64,000 nucleotides of DNA from Fimicolochytrium jonesii (lineage: Eukaryota): the NCBI RefSeq assembly GCF_025526975.1, contig NW_026515668.1, positions 1,674,001-1,738,000 on the forward strand, written 5' to 3'. The position numbers were made by a program, and so were the translations under genes. The notes below the pieces were generated by a model. That model had not been told where the DNA came from and ran no database searches. It saw nothing but the letters and a program-made list of their open reading frames with translations. Within the stretch, counting starts at the first letter, position 1. Each line of letters opens with the position of its first letter. This document shows positions 21,754-33,155 of this stretch, one piece after another.

Positions 21754-24149
21754 TCAATACGTTTCAGCCGCGCTCGACATGACTGAATACCCTGCGCCAA
21801 ACCGCCACCACTCTAAGACATGCTTTCATGGAAGATGCGAAAAATCGGTGAACTTACGATCCTCTTCCTCATCATGCCTGCGGGGGGGCGCTCCCGCAGT
21901 CATCTGGTCAAATGTACCCAACGTTTCCGCGAAAAAGTCCTTTATAGCAGGAAAAATCAGCATTTTTTTTACCAAGGCTGCAACAGCCCATGCGAAACAC
22001 TCACCGAGATGCGTCTATGCGATTTCCGCTCCTGTTTCGCTGCTGCGCGAGGCGCTCCCATGCCTAGTCCAGCCTATGAAGAAGATCACGTCAGGTGCTG
22101 AAAACGTTAGCTATCGCACAGGAGTTGCCCACCATTCCACCCGGTCCGATAGTGTTAGCATGTTTCCCGAGCTTCTTCGGACTGGAACCGGCAGATATGG
22201 TGGTTCGGTCGTGGTCGATGATAACGCTGATGGAGCCGGTGACCTTTGCATCCAACTGAACATCAATCTGATTCCTAAAGAACCGGAAATCGTGCAGTTC
22301 GGAGCGACATTGCTGATGCTTGGACCAGTTGAACAAGAACGTTGTGGCGTCGCCTTCTTGCTGGTACTTCAGGAAGTCTTCCAAGCGCTCGATCTCACCG
22401 AGTTGACGTTGGAGCTCCAGTTCGTCGCCGAGGAGGACTGTGAGCTGTGTTTGGTGGCAGAATTGATGAGCATGAAGTGATGAAGCATTTGCATCGATTA
22501 TATGGCGTTCTGAACCTTGTTCTTCACTATCTTTTTACAATCCGCCATGGCGCATCTATACATCTCTTCGATCTGCGTTTCGATCTGTGCACCCATTTTC
22601 TCGACCGCTTTCGCCCGCGAGTTGACGGCTGCGATTTGGTTCGTGATCTCGGATCGGCGGGTTTGCAGGATCGGGTCGTGCTGGTAATGCAACTCATGTA
22701 AGCGTCCAATTCTCTCAAACACAAAGAAATGTGAATCTGCAGAACATACCGTCTGCGCTTCCTGCAAAACCGACGTGTACGCCTCCGCAACGCTAACGAG
22801 TTGATGCCGCGATGCCTCACCGTTCGCATGGTTTCCCACCATTTTGCAAAACACGCAGACGGGTATGTGGCATTGGGAGCAGAAGAACTCGATCAATTTG
22901 TCGGGGTGGTGCCGGCAGTGGCCGAATACATCGGAGCCCTATGGCGCGCTCTTCATTAGTTCCGAGATTATGAAGTAATATGTATGTGGGATATCCGAGG
23001 TTCATACCTTCCCTATTGGCGTCCGAACATGGCGACTCGCAAGCTTCGACACGTGTAGTTGCGAATCGCATTTGTTGCACAGATTCGCTGCGTCGGCGTT
23101 GCAAAAGACGGTAGCGTGCTCCTCTTCGCAGTTATCGCACTTTGCTTTCTAGTCGTGTTTCGTACGTCGTCAGCTCGCACTCTGTCATGAGTGGTCCAAC
23201 TTTATTTGCCTTACCTCGCGGGCTTTGCGCTCCTTGTTGAGATCATATTCGTAATGTACGAGATACACTGGTAGAACCTGCAGACTTAAAATGAGATAAA
23301 GATCTATAAACCAGTCAAGAAGCAATCTGCATCTCACCTGAGCTGTTTCTCGAATATAGTATTCGTGAAGATACGGGTTGGAGGGCTGCTTCGCTTCCTT
23401 CGGTGTCGCATCTACAATTCCGAGGCCTTGGTTAGCTTTCGCTCATCGTGAACTATGGACCGTTTGCTCTAACCTTGCAGGTAGAAGCTGTCATATCCTT
23501 CCGGCACCGGATTCGCCTCTGCAGTCGCTTCGTCCGTAACGAACGCGCGGCCGATGCCTACTCGACATAGGAGGGCCTTCCTCAACGTCCTTCCTTCTGG
23601 CTTCCGCTCTGTGAATCGCCCGGCACCAAATAAGCATATGAGCGTAAACACACTAATGGGAAAGTTAGTCCGTTCGCACCTTGTGGTTTCCCGCCCGGCA
23701 GATGCGACCCGTTCCCAATCGACCCGCTGATGGACCCAATTGTGACCTTCAGTCCATGCTGCGCTGGGGGAAACTGAAACCCTCGGCGGATAACCTCTTC
23801 CTCGGTGTTGACCCCAGTCAAGCGGGAGGCATCGATCCATGCGGGCAAAATGAGGGATCCCTATAGGACATTGTCATAGTCGATGTTACTCTTCTGATCA
23901 GATATGAGGCGGGCGGCCGGAGTTTGCGAAAGCGATGTGCTCACGCGTTTCCTCCTCCCCAAACGACATCACTGCCCTCACCTGACATCGCTTCTCGAAT
24001 TGCAAGTTGATATGCGGGTTCGACAAAGCATGAGCCGCAACTATCCGGGCGCTGCTGGCGCGGAGGGCCAGCTGAAGTTCGTACTCCAGCGCTCCGAATT
24101 CGGGCGTGCCTGCACCCAGTTGCGTTTTCGCGCCGGTTTTCTCGCTCAT
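21754..24149 (-). CDS. Degenerate PARP/ART-fold, two B-box zinc fingers and coiled coil (TRIM-like without RING), multi-exon
   Basis: LLCRVGIGRAF..PEGYDSFY..HEYYI..QVLPVYLVHY (PARP-like C-terminal strands); CDNC..ATVFCNADAANLCNKCD..H..RH (B-box 1); CRHHPDKLIEFFCSQCHIPVCVFC..H..HQL (B-box 2). Confidence 0.8.
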
Positions 24150-24590
24150 CTGGAGGGCTCTTTTGCTCGCAAAGGCTGAATGTCGTGGGAAAGTGAAATA
24201 TCTATGGCGCCCGCTTCCTTGGGGGTTTGGGTGCTGCGTAAGGAAGATACCGCAAGTTGCAAGTCATGTTGTTCTGAGTATGGACACTTTCTATGAGTAG
24301 TTGGCACTGGCAGGGCCATTTACTGGTTTCATGCGTGACTCGGTCAAGGCTCTTTGGCAAGTGCGGAGGTGAGCTAAGCGCAAAAGCGCCTATGTTCCAT
24401 CGAATCGTTTCTCAGCTCGGGAGATCTGGATAACTCTTCGGCAAGGCTTTTCTCTGGAAGTCCCCAAATCTGAGTGCGCAAAAAGTATGTCCTCGGAAGT
24501 CTCACGGGCTCTCTGTCCACTCGAGGCTGTATAGTTCCAAAGCTCATCTAGCTCACATCCTTCGCCACCTCACATCCTGTCCTCAGAACT

Positions 24591-25151
24591 ATGGACGCAG
24601 ATTATCTCAAACAGACAGTCGGCCCACTTGTGGCTTCAGCCCTATCCTCCCTCGTCACATACGGCTACGACGCCACGGCATCCTACCCCCGAGGCCATGA
24701 TCCAATCACCTTCATCGCCGAATACCTGATCCACCACGACAAAGCCGCAAAGAATGTAGCAGTACATAAGAAATATCGCGCAGACCTCGCGTCGTTACAA
24801 AGCGCATTTGCTGCTGCTGAAGCGCAGGAAAAGGAAGCGCGGTTGCGGATGGAGGAAGAGATCAAGGTCAAAGCGAATAAGATCTTGGAAAGGCAAAGCA
24901 TTGCAGACGAAGAGAGTGCTAGACGGCTAGCTGAGGACGCCGCGAGGGCTGCCGCGGCGATTCTGGCTGCTGCGAAACAGGCGAATGAGGCGAGTGAGGC
25001 GGAGAGGTTGGCGAATGAGCCGAGGGGAATACCTACTGTCATTGAGGAGGCGGAGGAGGGGAAGGAGACTGAAGATGCGGAGGAGGCAGTAGAAGAAAAG
25101 CCTGATATCCCAACAGATACCATTGCTGAAGAGCGTGAAGATGCAGAATGA
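24591..25151 (+). CDS. Dpy-30 dimerisation-motif coiled-coil protein (DYDC-like, possibly axonemal radial spoke)
   Basis: MDADYLKQTVGPLVASALS...DPITFIAEYL followed by an A/E/K-rich coiled coil and acidic tail; single exon. Confidence 0.75.
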   Translation: MDADYLKQTVGPLVASALSSLVTYGYDATASYPRGHDPITFIAEYLIHHDKAAKNVAVHKKYRADLASLQSAFAAAEAQEKEARLRMEEEIKVKANKILERQSIADEESARRLAEDAARAAAAILAAAKQANEASEAERLANEPRGIPTVIEEAEEGKETEDAEEAVEEKPDIPTDTIAEEREDAE

Positions 25152-25437
25152 TCCGGCGTTACCGCGATGTCTCGACGAAGGTGGCGGGGTGACACTCTTT
25201 CCGTGGTCCACATGTACTCGCCGTTGAGATGGCTACAATGCGTCACGTTGAAGCTCACTTTGTATTGTATGAACACTTGATGTCTATAATACACAGTATA
25301 CGTTCGCTACATATAGAGTATCCCTAAGGCTACGCTAGTGAATCTTTACTATATGCGGAATATCCATGGCTAAACATGCCCGACCGACATTCGAGGTCCG
25401 CACCTCACTAAAGTCGCTTGCGCGTCCGCAAGGTAGT

Positions 25438-26151
25438 TTACACAAGCCTCAAAACGTTTTCGGTCGACAGGATTTTTGCGAACTCGTCGCTTAGGCTTGC
25501 GATATGGATATCGTGGACCTCTTGCGCCGAGTACGTTTTGCCGTTGGGTCCGGTTTTAGCAAACGTTCCGCAGGCGTCTTCCACCAAGATAGTATCAAAC
25601 CCCTTGGAAGATGAGAATCAATGATTCAAGCCCTCACGCCTGGTTCTGAAACGATCAATGATGCATGCCAGCTTACATAGTTCCCAGCCATCCGCGTTGT
25701 CGTCGATACACAATGATCCGTTGTGAGGCCTACGATAACCAGGTGTTTGGTCTTGATGTCTTCCTCCAGAATCCGTTTCAAATCCGTTGTGATGAAAGCC
25801 GAATTAACAGTTTTCTGCAACACCGGCTCCGTTGGCAGCGGCGCAACTATGCTCTGGATCGCCACACCGGGTTGATCGGGGCGCAAGTTTGAATCCGGTG
25901 ATAGGGAGGTGTGCTGGATATGGACAATCGGCCGGCCGCTGGAGCGCCACGCCGTCAAGAGGCGGGCCATTTGCTTCTCGGCCTCGGTGTTGTTCCTTGG
26001 TCTCTCAACGCTATCCTTTAGTCCCTCTTGCACGTCAATAAGGAGCAACGTGCAGTTCGTTGGCAGTTTCTGCACAAGACTCGGTTAATATTCACCATGG
26101 CGTCGACGACCCTCAACAGAGGCACCGCTTCCATACCTCTGTGGTGGTCAT
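25438..26151 (-). CDS. Isochorismatase-family cysteine hydrolase, 3 exons
   Basis: LLLIDVQEG (Asp), KTVNSAF (Lys), [13 protein letters not shown] (Cys), [14 protein letters not shown]; first exon MTTTE. Confidence 0.9.
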
Positions 26152-26400
26152 TGCTAATGCTTTTGCTGAAAATGGTGGTGAGAGTGGTGCGATGGGGGTG
26201 CCCAATGACCAGGGAAAAAAGGCTTCTGAATTTGAATGGGAAATTCACGACGCCCTGCCGAGTCCCGAGACGAAGCGGACGCGCTAACCCCGCTAAGGAC
26301 ACGCGCTGGTGACATGAATCTGAAGACTTTGACGAGGCCACATCCTTTGGAAATAGATACTGTACGTACAGTAGCTTTGCAGCCAAGGACCAAAGAAGCC

Positions 26401-26674
26401 ATGAGTAGCATCTACCCATCAGTGTCCAAGGACGAGGACCATCTCTCCGAGAGATCCCCTGTTCTTTCACAGTTCGAGGAAGCCTCGGGCTGTCAGCTTT
26501 CCAAAATTGCTCAGTACAAGTGCGTCCTTGCAAGTGAACGTATAATTTGCATCCCGGTCATCCGGTGGTTCAAGCGCTGTCCTGGGAAACCTAACGTTGA
26601 AGTGTAAGTTTTTCTCCACGACTTTACGAAGCCGGAGCAGTATCTCACATGTTAAGGCCTACAGGACGCCATGA
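26401..26674 (+). CDS. SOM1: Som1-like mitochondrial inner-membrane peptidase subunit
   Basis: CQLSKIAQYKC..IICIPVIRWFKRC..VEV|TP* cysteine pattern typical of Som1; tiny terminal exon after a GTAAGT..CAG intron. Confidence 0.65.
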
Positions 26675-26804
26675 GAAGCTACAGGAAAAGGTCCTACGCT
26701 ACATAGCTATCGCTCTATCGGGTTCTGCTTGCAAGTGCTATATAAAGGATCTATGGAAGACGGCTACGACTATCCCTAAATGACAGCGACGAATGGTCGA
26801 TACT

Positions 26805-29800
26805 TCAAGACTCCTCGTCGATAATATGCATCGACGACCCTCGCCGCGTCAATTTGCGGCTGTCAACACGTCCTGGTGGTTGGCCCAAAGGATCCGTTGA
26901 GGAGGTGGGCGATGTTGGCCAAGCGAGCGGTTCCGCGGCAGCGTTAATGCCTGACGTTGGCAGTGGAGATGGGAATAAAGAGGTGCTCGCGCCGCTTCGC
27001 ATCGAATCCGAGTCCACGGTGGACGATTCGAGATCAAAGTCAGATTTCCCGCGGGACAAAGCCCGGGGCCCGACGGCAAATGATCCCGAAGAAAGGCGAT
27101 GCAGTGCATCAACGGATGCGGATATCTTGAGAGTCTTTGGCAGGCTCCGGCCTTCCAGACTCTTCAGCAATCTACTCTGGAGAACGCCGCCTGCTTCGCT
27201 CATTGGGACTGCAGACGGGCCGTCTCGGGATCCCATGGCTGAGGATGGGCGATCCATCACTGTATCGTCCACGGTCTTGGTGGTGGTTGATGGGAAAGGC
27301 GCGGCTATGTCGGAATTGGGGGTACTCGGTGCAGAGTTGTTGCGGGATGGTTTTTTGTTGGATTTCCCTTTTAGTCTATTGATAATCTGTAAAGGAATTT
27401 CGTTCTCAACGTACTGGAGTGGTGCAAAATGAAGGTCAACGGGACCAGCCACGCACCTTTGTGACAAACATCATCGCAGGCTGGAAAGCGTTCTCAACTT
27501 CTTCCTCAGTAACTTCTTCGAACACGCAGTTCTCCTCGGTTGGCAGCATTGGGTCGGTGCCGTCCTTCGTTGTCCAAGGATGTTGTTTTACATCCTGAAG
27601 GCTTATTCGCTCATCAGGATTCTTCCGCAACATGCGAGTCAGAAGATCCTTCAGATTTGGTGAAAGATCGTCGCATATGTCTAGAGCTCCGCTCGCGATT
27701 TTTTCGTAAAGCAAGACCACGCTCTCATCTTCCCACGGTGCGCGACCGTGTGTGAGGCAATAGAGGGACACCCCGAGCGCCCAAATGTCCATAGCATATC
27801 CGCGCAGTTGTCGGGTGTCCGCTATGAGTAGAAACAAGTCAGCACACCATGGTCAGCACAACGCAGCCCGGAGAAGGGTGGACTTTCGCCGGCATACACT
27901 TACTCTCGCAGGCCTCTGGCGGGGTGAATAGCGGGGAAGAGTTTTTGTCGTCAACGATAGGCTCTTCCTCGCCGTCCTCAAACATATTCGATATCCCAAA
28001 ATCCGCAATCTGTACAATTCCAAAGGGTGCTGCGGCCTTTAGGAGCAGGTTCTCCGGTTTGATGTCACGATGGATGATACGCTTGTAATGAACTTCGAGA
28101 AAACCATTAGCACATGAAGACGACGCAGATTGCAATGCAGCAAATGCCCACTCACGGTATTCAATCCCGAGCACGACATCACGGAAGTACGTGCGGGCCA
28201 GCTCTTCGGATAGGGGATTCACACTCTGGCGCATCTGGAGCTTCATGATCGGTCCGTACTCACAAAGTTCGAAAACTGGAAGTACTATCAGCAGGTCGCC
28301 GCAAACAACAAAGATCAGGTTCCGGAACTTACTCATATATAGGTTATCCTCCTTCCCATCGTCCAAAACCTCAACCAAGGCGTTGATGTTGGGATGTTTC
28401 GATAATTTCTTCAAAATGGCCACCTCACGTTTGATACTGCCCAAATGATCGTTGATGCCGGAGCTCCCACTCCCACTGCCCGCCGAACCACCGCGGACAG
28501 GGAGTGATTGCGACCATCGGAACTTCTTCCGTAATCGAGATTTGGAGATGATTTTGCATGCATAATATCGAGAATCCTGCTCGTTCCTGCATAGTACCAC
28601 TCTCCCATACGCCCCTGAACCGATATCCTTGATGATTTGGTACTGGTTCACTTTCCCCTGACACTCCTCCGCTCCGCCGCCCAAAGGGTTGACCAATGTG
28701 TGACTGCCCTCGTGCATGGCGTATATGGTAGAGGTCTCGATAATTCGGTGTACGGGTGCTGGGCGTCGACGCTCCGTGGTCTTCGTGGACCGTTTGGGTT
28801 CCGCCAGTTTGTTGATGTTGGAGTCCATGGACCGTGATCTGGTATTCATGTGACTTCGTTTGAACTTGAACGTGGAAGCCTGATCGCCGGTAGCCAGCGA
28901 CTCTGGAAGAGAACGGTGCACGTACGCTGCCAAGGGGTTGCTGTTGTTGCTGACGGAGTTCAGGGACGTGGACAGGTTGACGGCCGACTTTTCTTCGTTC
29001 TCGGACGACGTTACAGTCCATTGCGATCGTGATGGAAGCGAAGAATGGACATCTCGCGAGCGGATGGTCGCACGGCTTCCTGAGAGATTCGATGCCGAAG
29101 CGGATCCTTCCGCCCGGTCATGACCCATGCTCCGGAACGCAAGACCAAACCGCGTTAAACTCCTGTGAGTATGCGTCCTTTGCGCTTTGTTCAGATCCGC
29201 GTTGTTGTTCCGCGGAATGTCGACTCTCGAATCGCGCGATAGGGAGGACGATGAATCTGACGTCCGCATCGGCAGGCTGGAGTGACTTCGCGTGTTGAAC
29301 ATCTGCGACCCGAAGGATGCTAGGCTTCGGGACAAGGTCCTGAAGGATGTGTAGCTACCGCTCTTTCTGCCGTAAGAGCAGGTCTCACTGCATCGTTGGG
29401 AGACATTGTCGGAGCTGCCGCTGCTCTGGGTCATGTGCGCGTAGCAGTGATGCTCTGATAATCTCTTTCCAGACGTTCGACGCTTCTGCTGCGTCGGGAA
29501 CTCCTCGTCGCTGGGTTGAACGGCGATGGGTGTGAAGTACTCGATTGAATGGATCGGATCTAGGAGTCGTGGACTGTCAATCCCCGGGGATGTAGAGGTG
29601 AGGGTCTCTTGCACCGAAAGCTCCGATTCACCACGCTCAAATAAAGATGGGACTTCCACCTCCCGTCGGACTGGGCTCGGCGGTGCATCGAAGGACATGG
29701 GGTCTGAACTGCCTCTCCGCGATTCCGACCGCAAGCCCAATGCTTCTAGAACGGGCATCGTCAGGGTTGGCGTTCCCAATTCGATGTAGTTCGGCCGTGC

Positions 29801-30388
29801 CGAGCGTGGTAGTAGCGATGATTGTGATGGGGGTAAGGCCGGGGAATCTTGAATCGGGGAAGGTGACGGTTCGGTACTTCTGGAGTCTGGCGGTGGATCT
29901 TCCTCGGCGACAGTCCTGACAATACGTAGTGACGGCATCGATGGCGGCATCCCGGCTTTACTTTTCCGAAGCCGTCTCTGCGCTTTGCTCAACCCTTTTT
30001 CATCTTCCTGCTTCGCCGACAAATCCCCACTACTGCGTTGCAGCCCGTTCGGGGCCACAGTCGCCCGCTTGAAATGTTGAATGATTTTATCAAAGATCCC
30101 ACTTGGGTGCTTCCGCGATGGATGAAGCATCGGCGCCGCCGGCAGCAGACCACCGGCGTATGATGCCCGCCTTCGGGCATGTACTTCAATGTTGTCTAAA
30201 CTCTCCGTTAAGCGCGCACTCCGTATCGGCTCGCTGCTTTTTTGCCGTGACCGCCGTTCCCGCGCCATCCCGCTCAAGGAGCGAAGTTTTCCGATGGCTT
30301 CCAGACGCGGCGACCCGCCGCCGTGCCGGCCCTGCCTCCGCTCTGCTTGTAAGTCAAACTCGCTGCGAGTGAGATCGGCCTGCATCAT
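26805..30388 (-). CDS. CaMKK-family (Ssp1/Sak1/CAMKK2-like) Ser/Thr kinase with a long disordered N-terminus, multi-exon
   Basis: VNQYQIIKDIGSGAYGRV, YACKIISK, REVAILKKL, HRDIKPENLL, IADFG, DIWALGVSLY, HPWTT, EVTEEEVENA. Confidence 0.9.
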
Positions 30389-31262
30389 GCCAGAACGGTA
30401 TGATCTCAGGGTTGATGATATCGGTACGTTGGTGGACAACCTCCTCCTTCTTGCTCCTGTCCGGTTCACAAAACGAGTTGGAATAGAACTGACGATTGGC
30501 TCCTTCTCTGCCCTACTAAAGGTAGCGTTTCAGGAACAGCTGCATGCCCAACTTGTGGATAAAATGCTGCCTGCACTTGCACACCAGAAACCGACTCCTA
30601 AGTACCGCGCTGCGCGTGAAACCGGTGGAATCCAAGTGTTTGTGAACGCCAGTTCAAGCCACGAGAGACCGCTGCGAAAGGAACCCGACTGAAAGAAATG
30701 TAAACAAAAGGGTGTTACAACGGAACTAACGCATTGAAGTTCCTGCCCCTGCGGGTGTGAAAGTACGTCAAGTGGATGATGACGAGCGGGCGCCACAACG
30801 TTGGCGGTTCTACGGCGAGAGATCCAACACAACACAAATACATGAGCCCCCAGGGAACAGGAATAGAACCTTGGGTGACGTACGGGTCCCGCCGCAGCAC
30901 CGCTTCATCTGGGACGGGTATTAAAGGAGTTTTACCCGGCCTCGTTCCTCAAAATCCAATCTCATAGTAGAACAAAGTGCTCGAATTCTTTTTTGGGAGG
31001 TCTTTATTTGGGCTTTGGGCTACGCTATTGTTCGTCCTCCACCCTGACGGTTTTCCGGGCGGAGAATGCTTATACGACGCGCTTGTCACGTCACGTGCTA
31101 AACCTTATAACGCTGTGTCCCTATCAACTGTGGCTTTGCGCGAAACTGTCTTCTATTCACCTATGTCACCTATTCACCTATTCACCTACTGCAACTTCAA
31201 CATCTTAGTGAATATGCATGCCGATGGTCGATAACGCCGTCGATCCATGTATCAATCCTCGA

Positions 31263-32587
31263 TCAGCATTTCAGGGAACACTTCGCTCTTGAGTCTGTCA
31301 CAATATGCGACCAGGTTGGGTTTTGAAGCCTGGCGAGTGCACAGTAAGGTATGATGCTGTTGATGTGAATTGTAATGGGGCGGGAACCTACCATCTGTTG
31401 AGACAGGCGGTTGTCCGGCAATTTGCTGTAAACCATATTGGCGATTTGTGCAAAAGCCGTAGCATCGACAGAGCTCGGTTGAGCATCGCTCAAGAAGTAT
31501 CGCTTGTCGCCAAGGAGGTTTGAAAGCGCTGATGTTCAACGTTAGCATTCGTAAAGAATCGTAACCGGTCGTGCGCGCACTGTGCGAGCAAACCTTCCAC
31601 GCAGTTCCCGTGCATCTCCAGAATTTCTTCGTAGGACAGTCTCCCTGAGTGTCATGGGTCAGCGTGGGCTTCCGTGTCGGATTCGACACCCATGTGCGCC
31701 ATACCAAGCTTTTGCTTTCGCAAAGCCATGACTGTCTGCGAGCGCACCCGATTTGCGATGAAGCTTCGCATGACGGCAGGCACGGGTTCGAAGAAGAGGT
31801 CTCGAATAGTGGGCCAGTTCGCTTCATGTTGCCACCTATCATATAGCATCTGTGCCATTCCTCGTTAGCCTACGAAACAGCGCGCAGTCAAGCTCGTTTG
31901 CACCTCACCATCCAGTAAACCCCTTCTTCCAGCAAGTATTGAATGGCCGTCGACTGCCCTTTCTGCTCTAGACCATCGACGAACGTGGGTATGTTCAGCT
32001 CATTTCGAATCGGCGGCACTAAGACCCGCGCACCGAGGTCCTCACCGGCCGTAAGATGCGCATCCAGCCCGTTTGAGATGCCCTCTTTTTCCAACCAGCG
32101 TATAATCCGTTGGCTGTCGGATAGGACAAAATCATTGTATCTAACTACATGCGACCAGTAACACGGCGTAAGTTGTGCTAAAGACCAATATACTCGCGTT
32201 ACGAGCTTACTCCAAGGTGCAGTCTTCGTAGGCGAATCACTCGCTGTAATAATCGTCTTCTGGACGTGAGGGACTTTGACAAGTCGCAAGTAGGTCTCCA
32301 ATTTCCAGCATGCGGGCGACTACGGGGCGAGCGGTTGAGATAGAACCAGCCAACAAACGAAGCAATCTCGACATTTGCGTTGATTTTCAACATGAATATT
32401 TGAGACTACCGACCATGTTCCACAGTCCAGTCCCTTTGTACGTAGGGAAAAGGTACGTCACTAATGTGTTTTTCGGAATGTCTTCCTTCTCGGGTTCCCG
32501 TTTGGTCAGTAACTTCATGGCAACGCCGGCAACCAGTAAGGCGACGCCGGCACTCTTCAGGACGACTTTCACGTTATCGTCGTTCAT
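31263..32587 (-). CDS. Failed-axon-connections/metaxin-like GST-fold membrane-anchored protein, multi-exon
   Basis: N-terminal TM, NM|SPACWKLETYLRL, SPTKTAPW, DSQRIIRWL, PSSVDATAFAQIA, PNLVAYCDRLK. Confidence 0.85.
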
Positions 32588-33155
32588 GCTGATGGCTGCA
32601 AAGAAATCTTCTATCCTCGGTCCTCTGTTGCTGTGGTTGATTGTCAAGCCAAGATGGCAAGATGGGATTGGATGGGTGGTTGGTGGGCAAGCAAAGCGAC
32701 CAAAGTTTGACAGCGACGGCAACTGACAGCATCGGACAGCAGACCTCACGTGACCAACATAAAATCTCACCTATGCGTTGTGGCCATTTGCCTTGCACAT
32801 ATGCTGGATTAAGAGCGTTGTCTGGTTGCACTTCACCCTACAGGGTCGAAATCTAACTGGCGATTCTACCTACTGGCACTTCACAGCGGCATTTAAGTGT
32901 AGGCTCTTGCTGAGGGTACGTCGTTACGAGACCTACTTGGGATCGCTCTTTGTGACTTTGTGGCAGTGGCTTTGTACGGGGCGCAGTTTGGTGGTCGTCC
33001 TGTGTGTGATCTGCAGAGTTCTTTGCGTAGACCGCACACGGTGGCTCGATTTACTGGAAAGCCCTCGTTCGGTGCCTCTCCAAAGCGTCGTACTCAGGAG
33101 GCTGACCGCGTGCTCCTCGTCACTCCACAGGTCTCAAACTCGTGACCTCCCCAAA

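Noticed and set aside
21395..22480. 361-aa plus-strand ORF
   Set aside because: It overlaps the CCDC47 last exon out of frame and lies antisense to the B-box gene; no motifs, so a shadow ORF.
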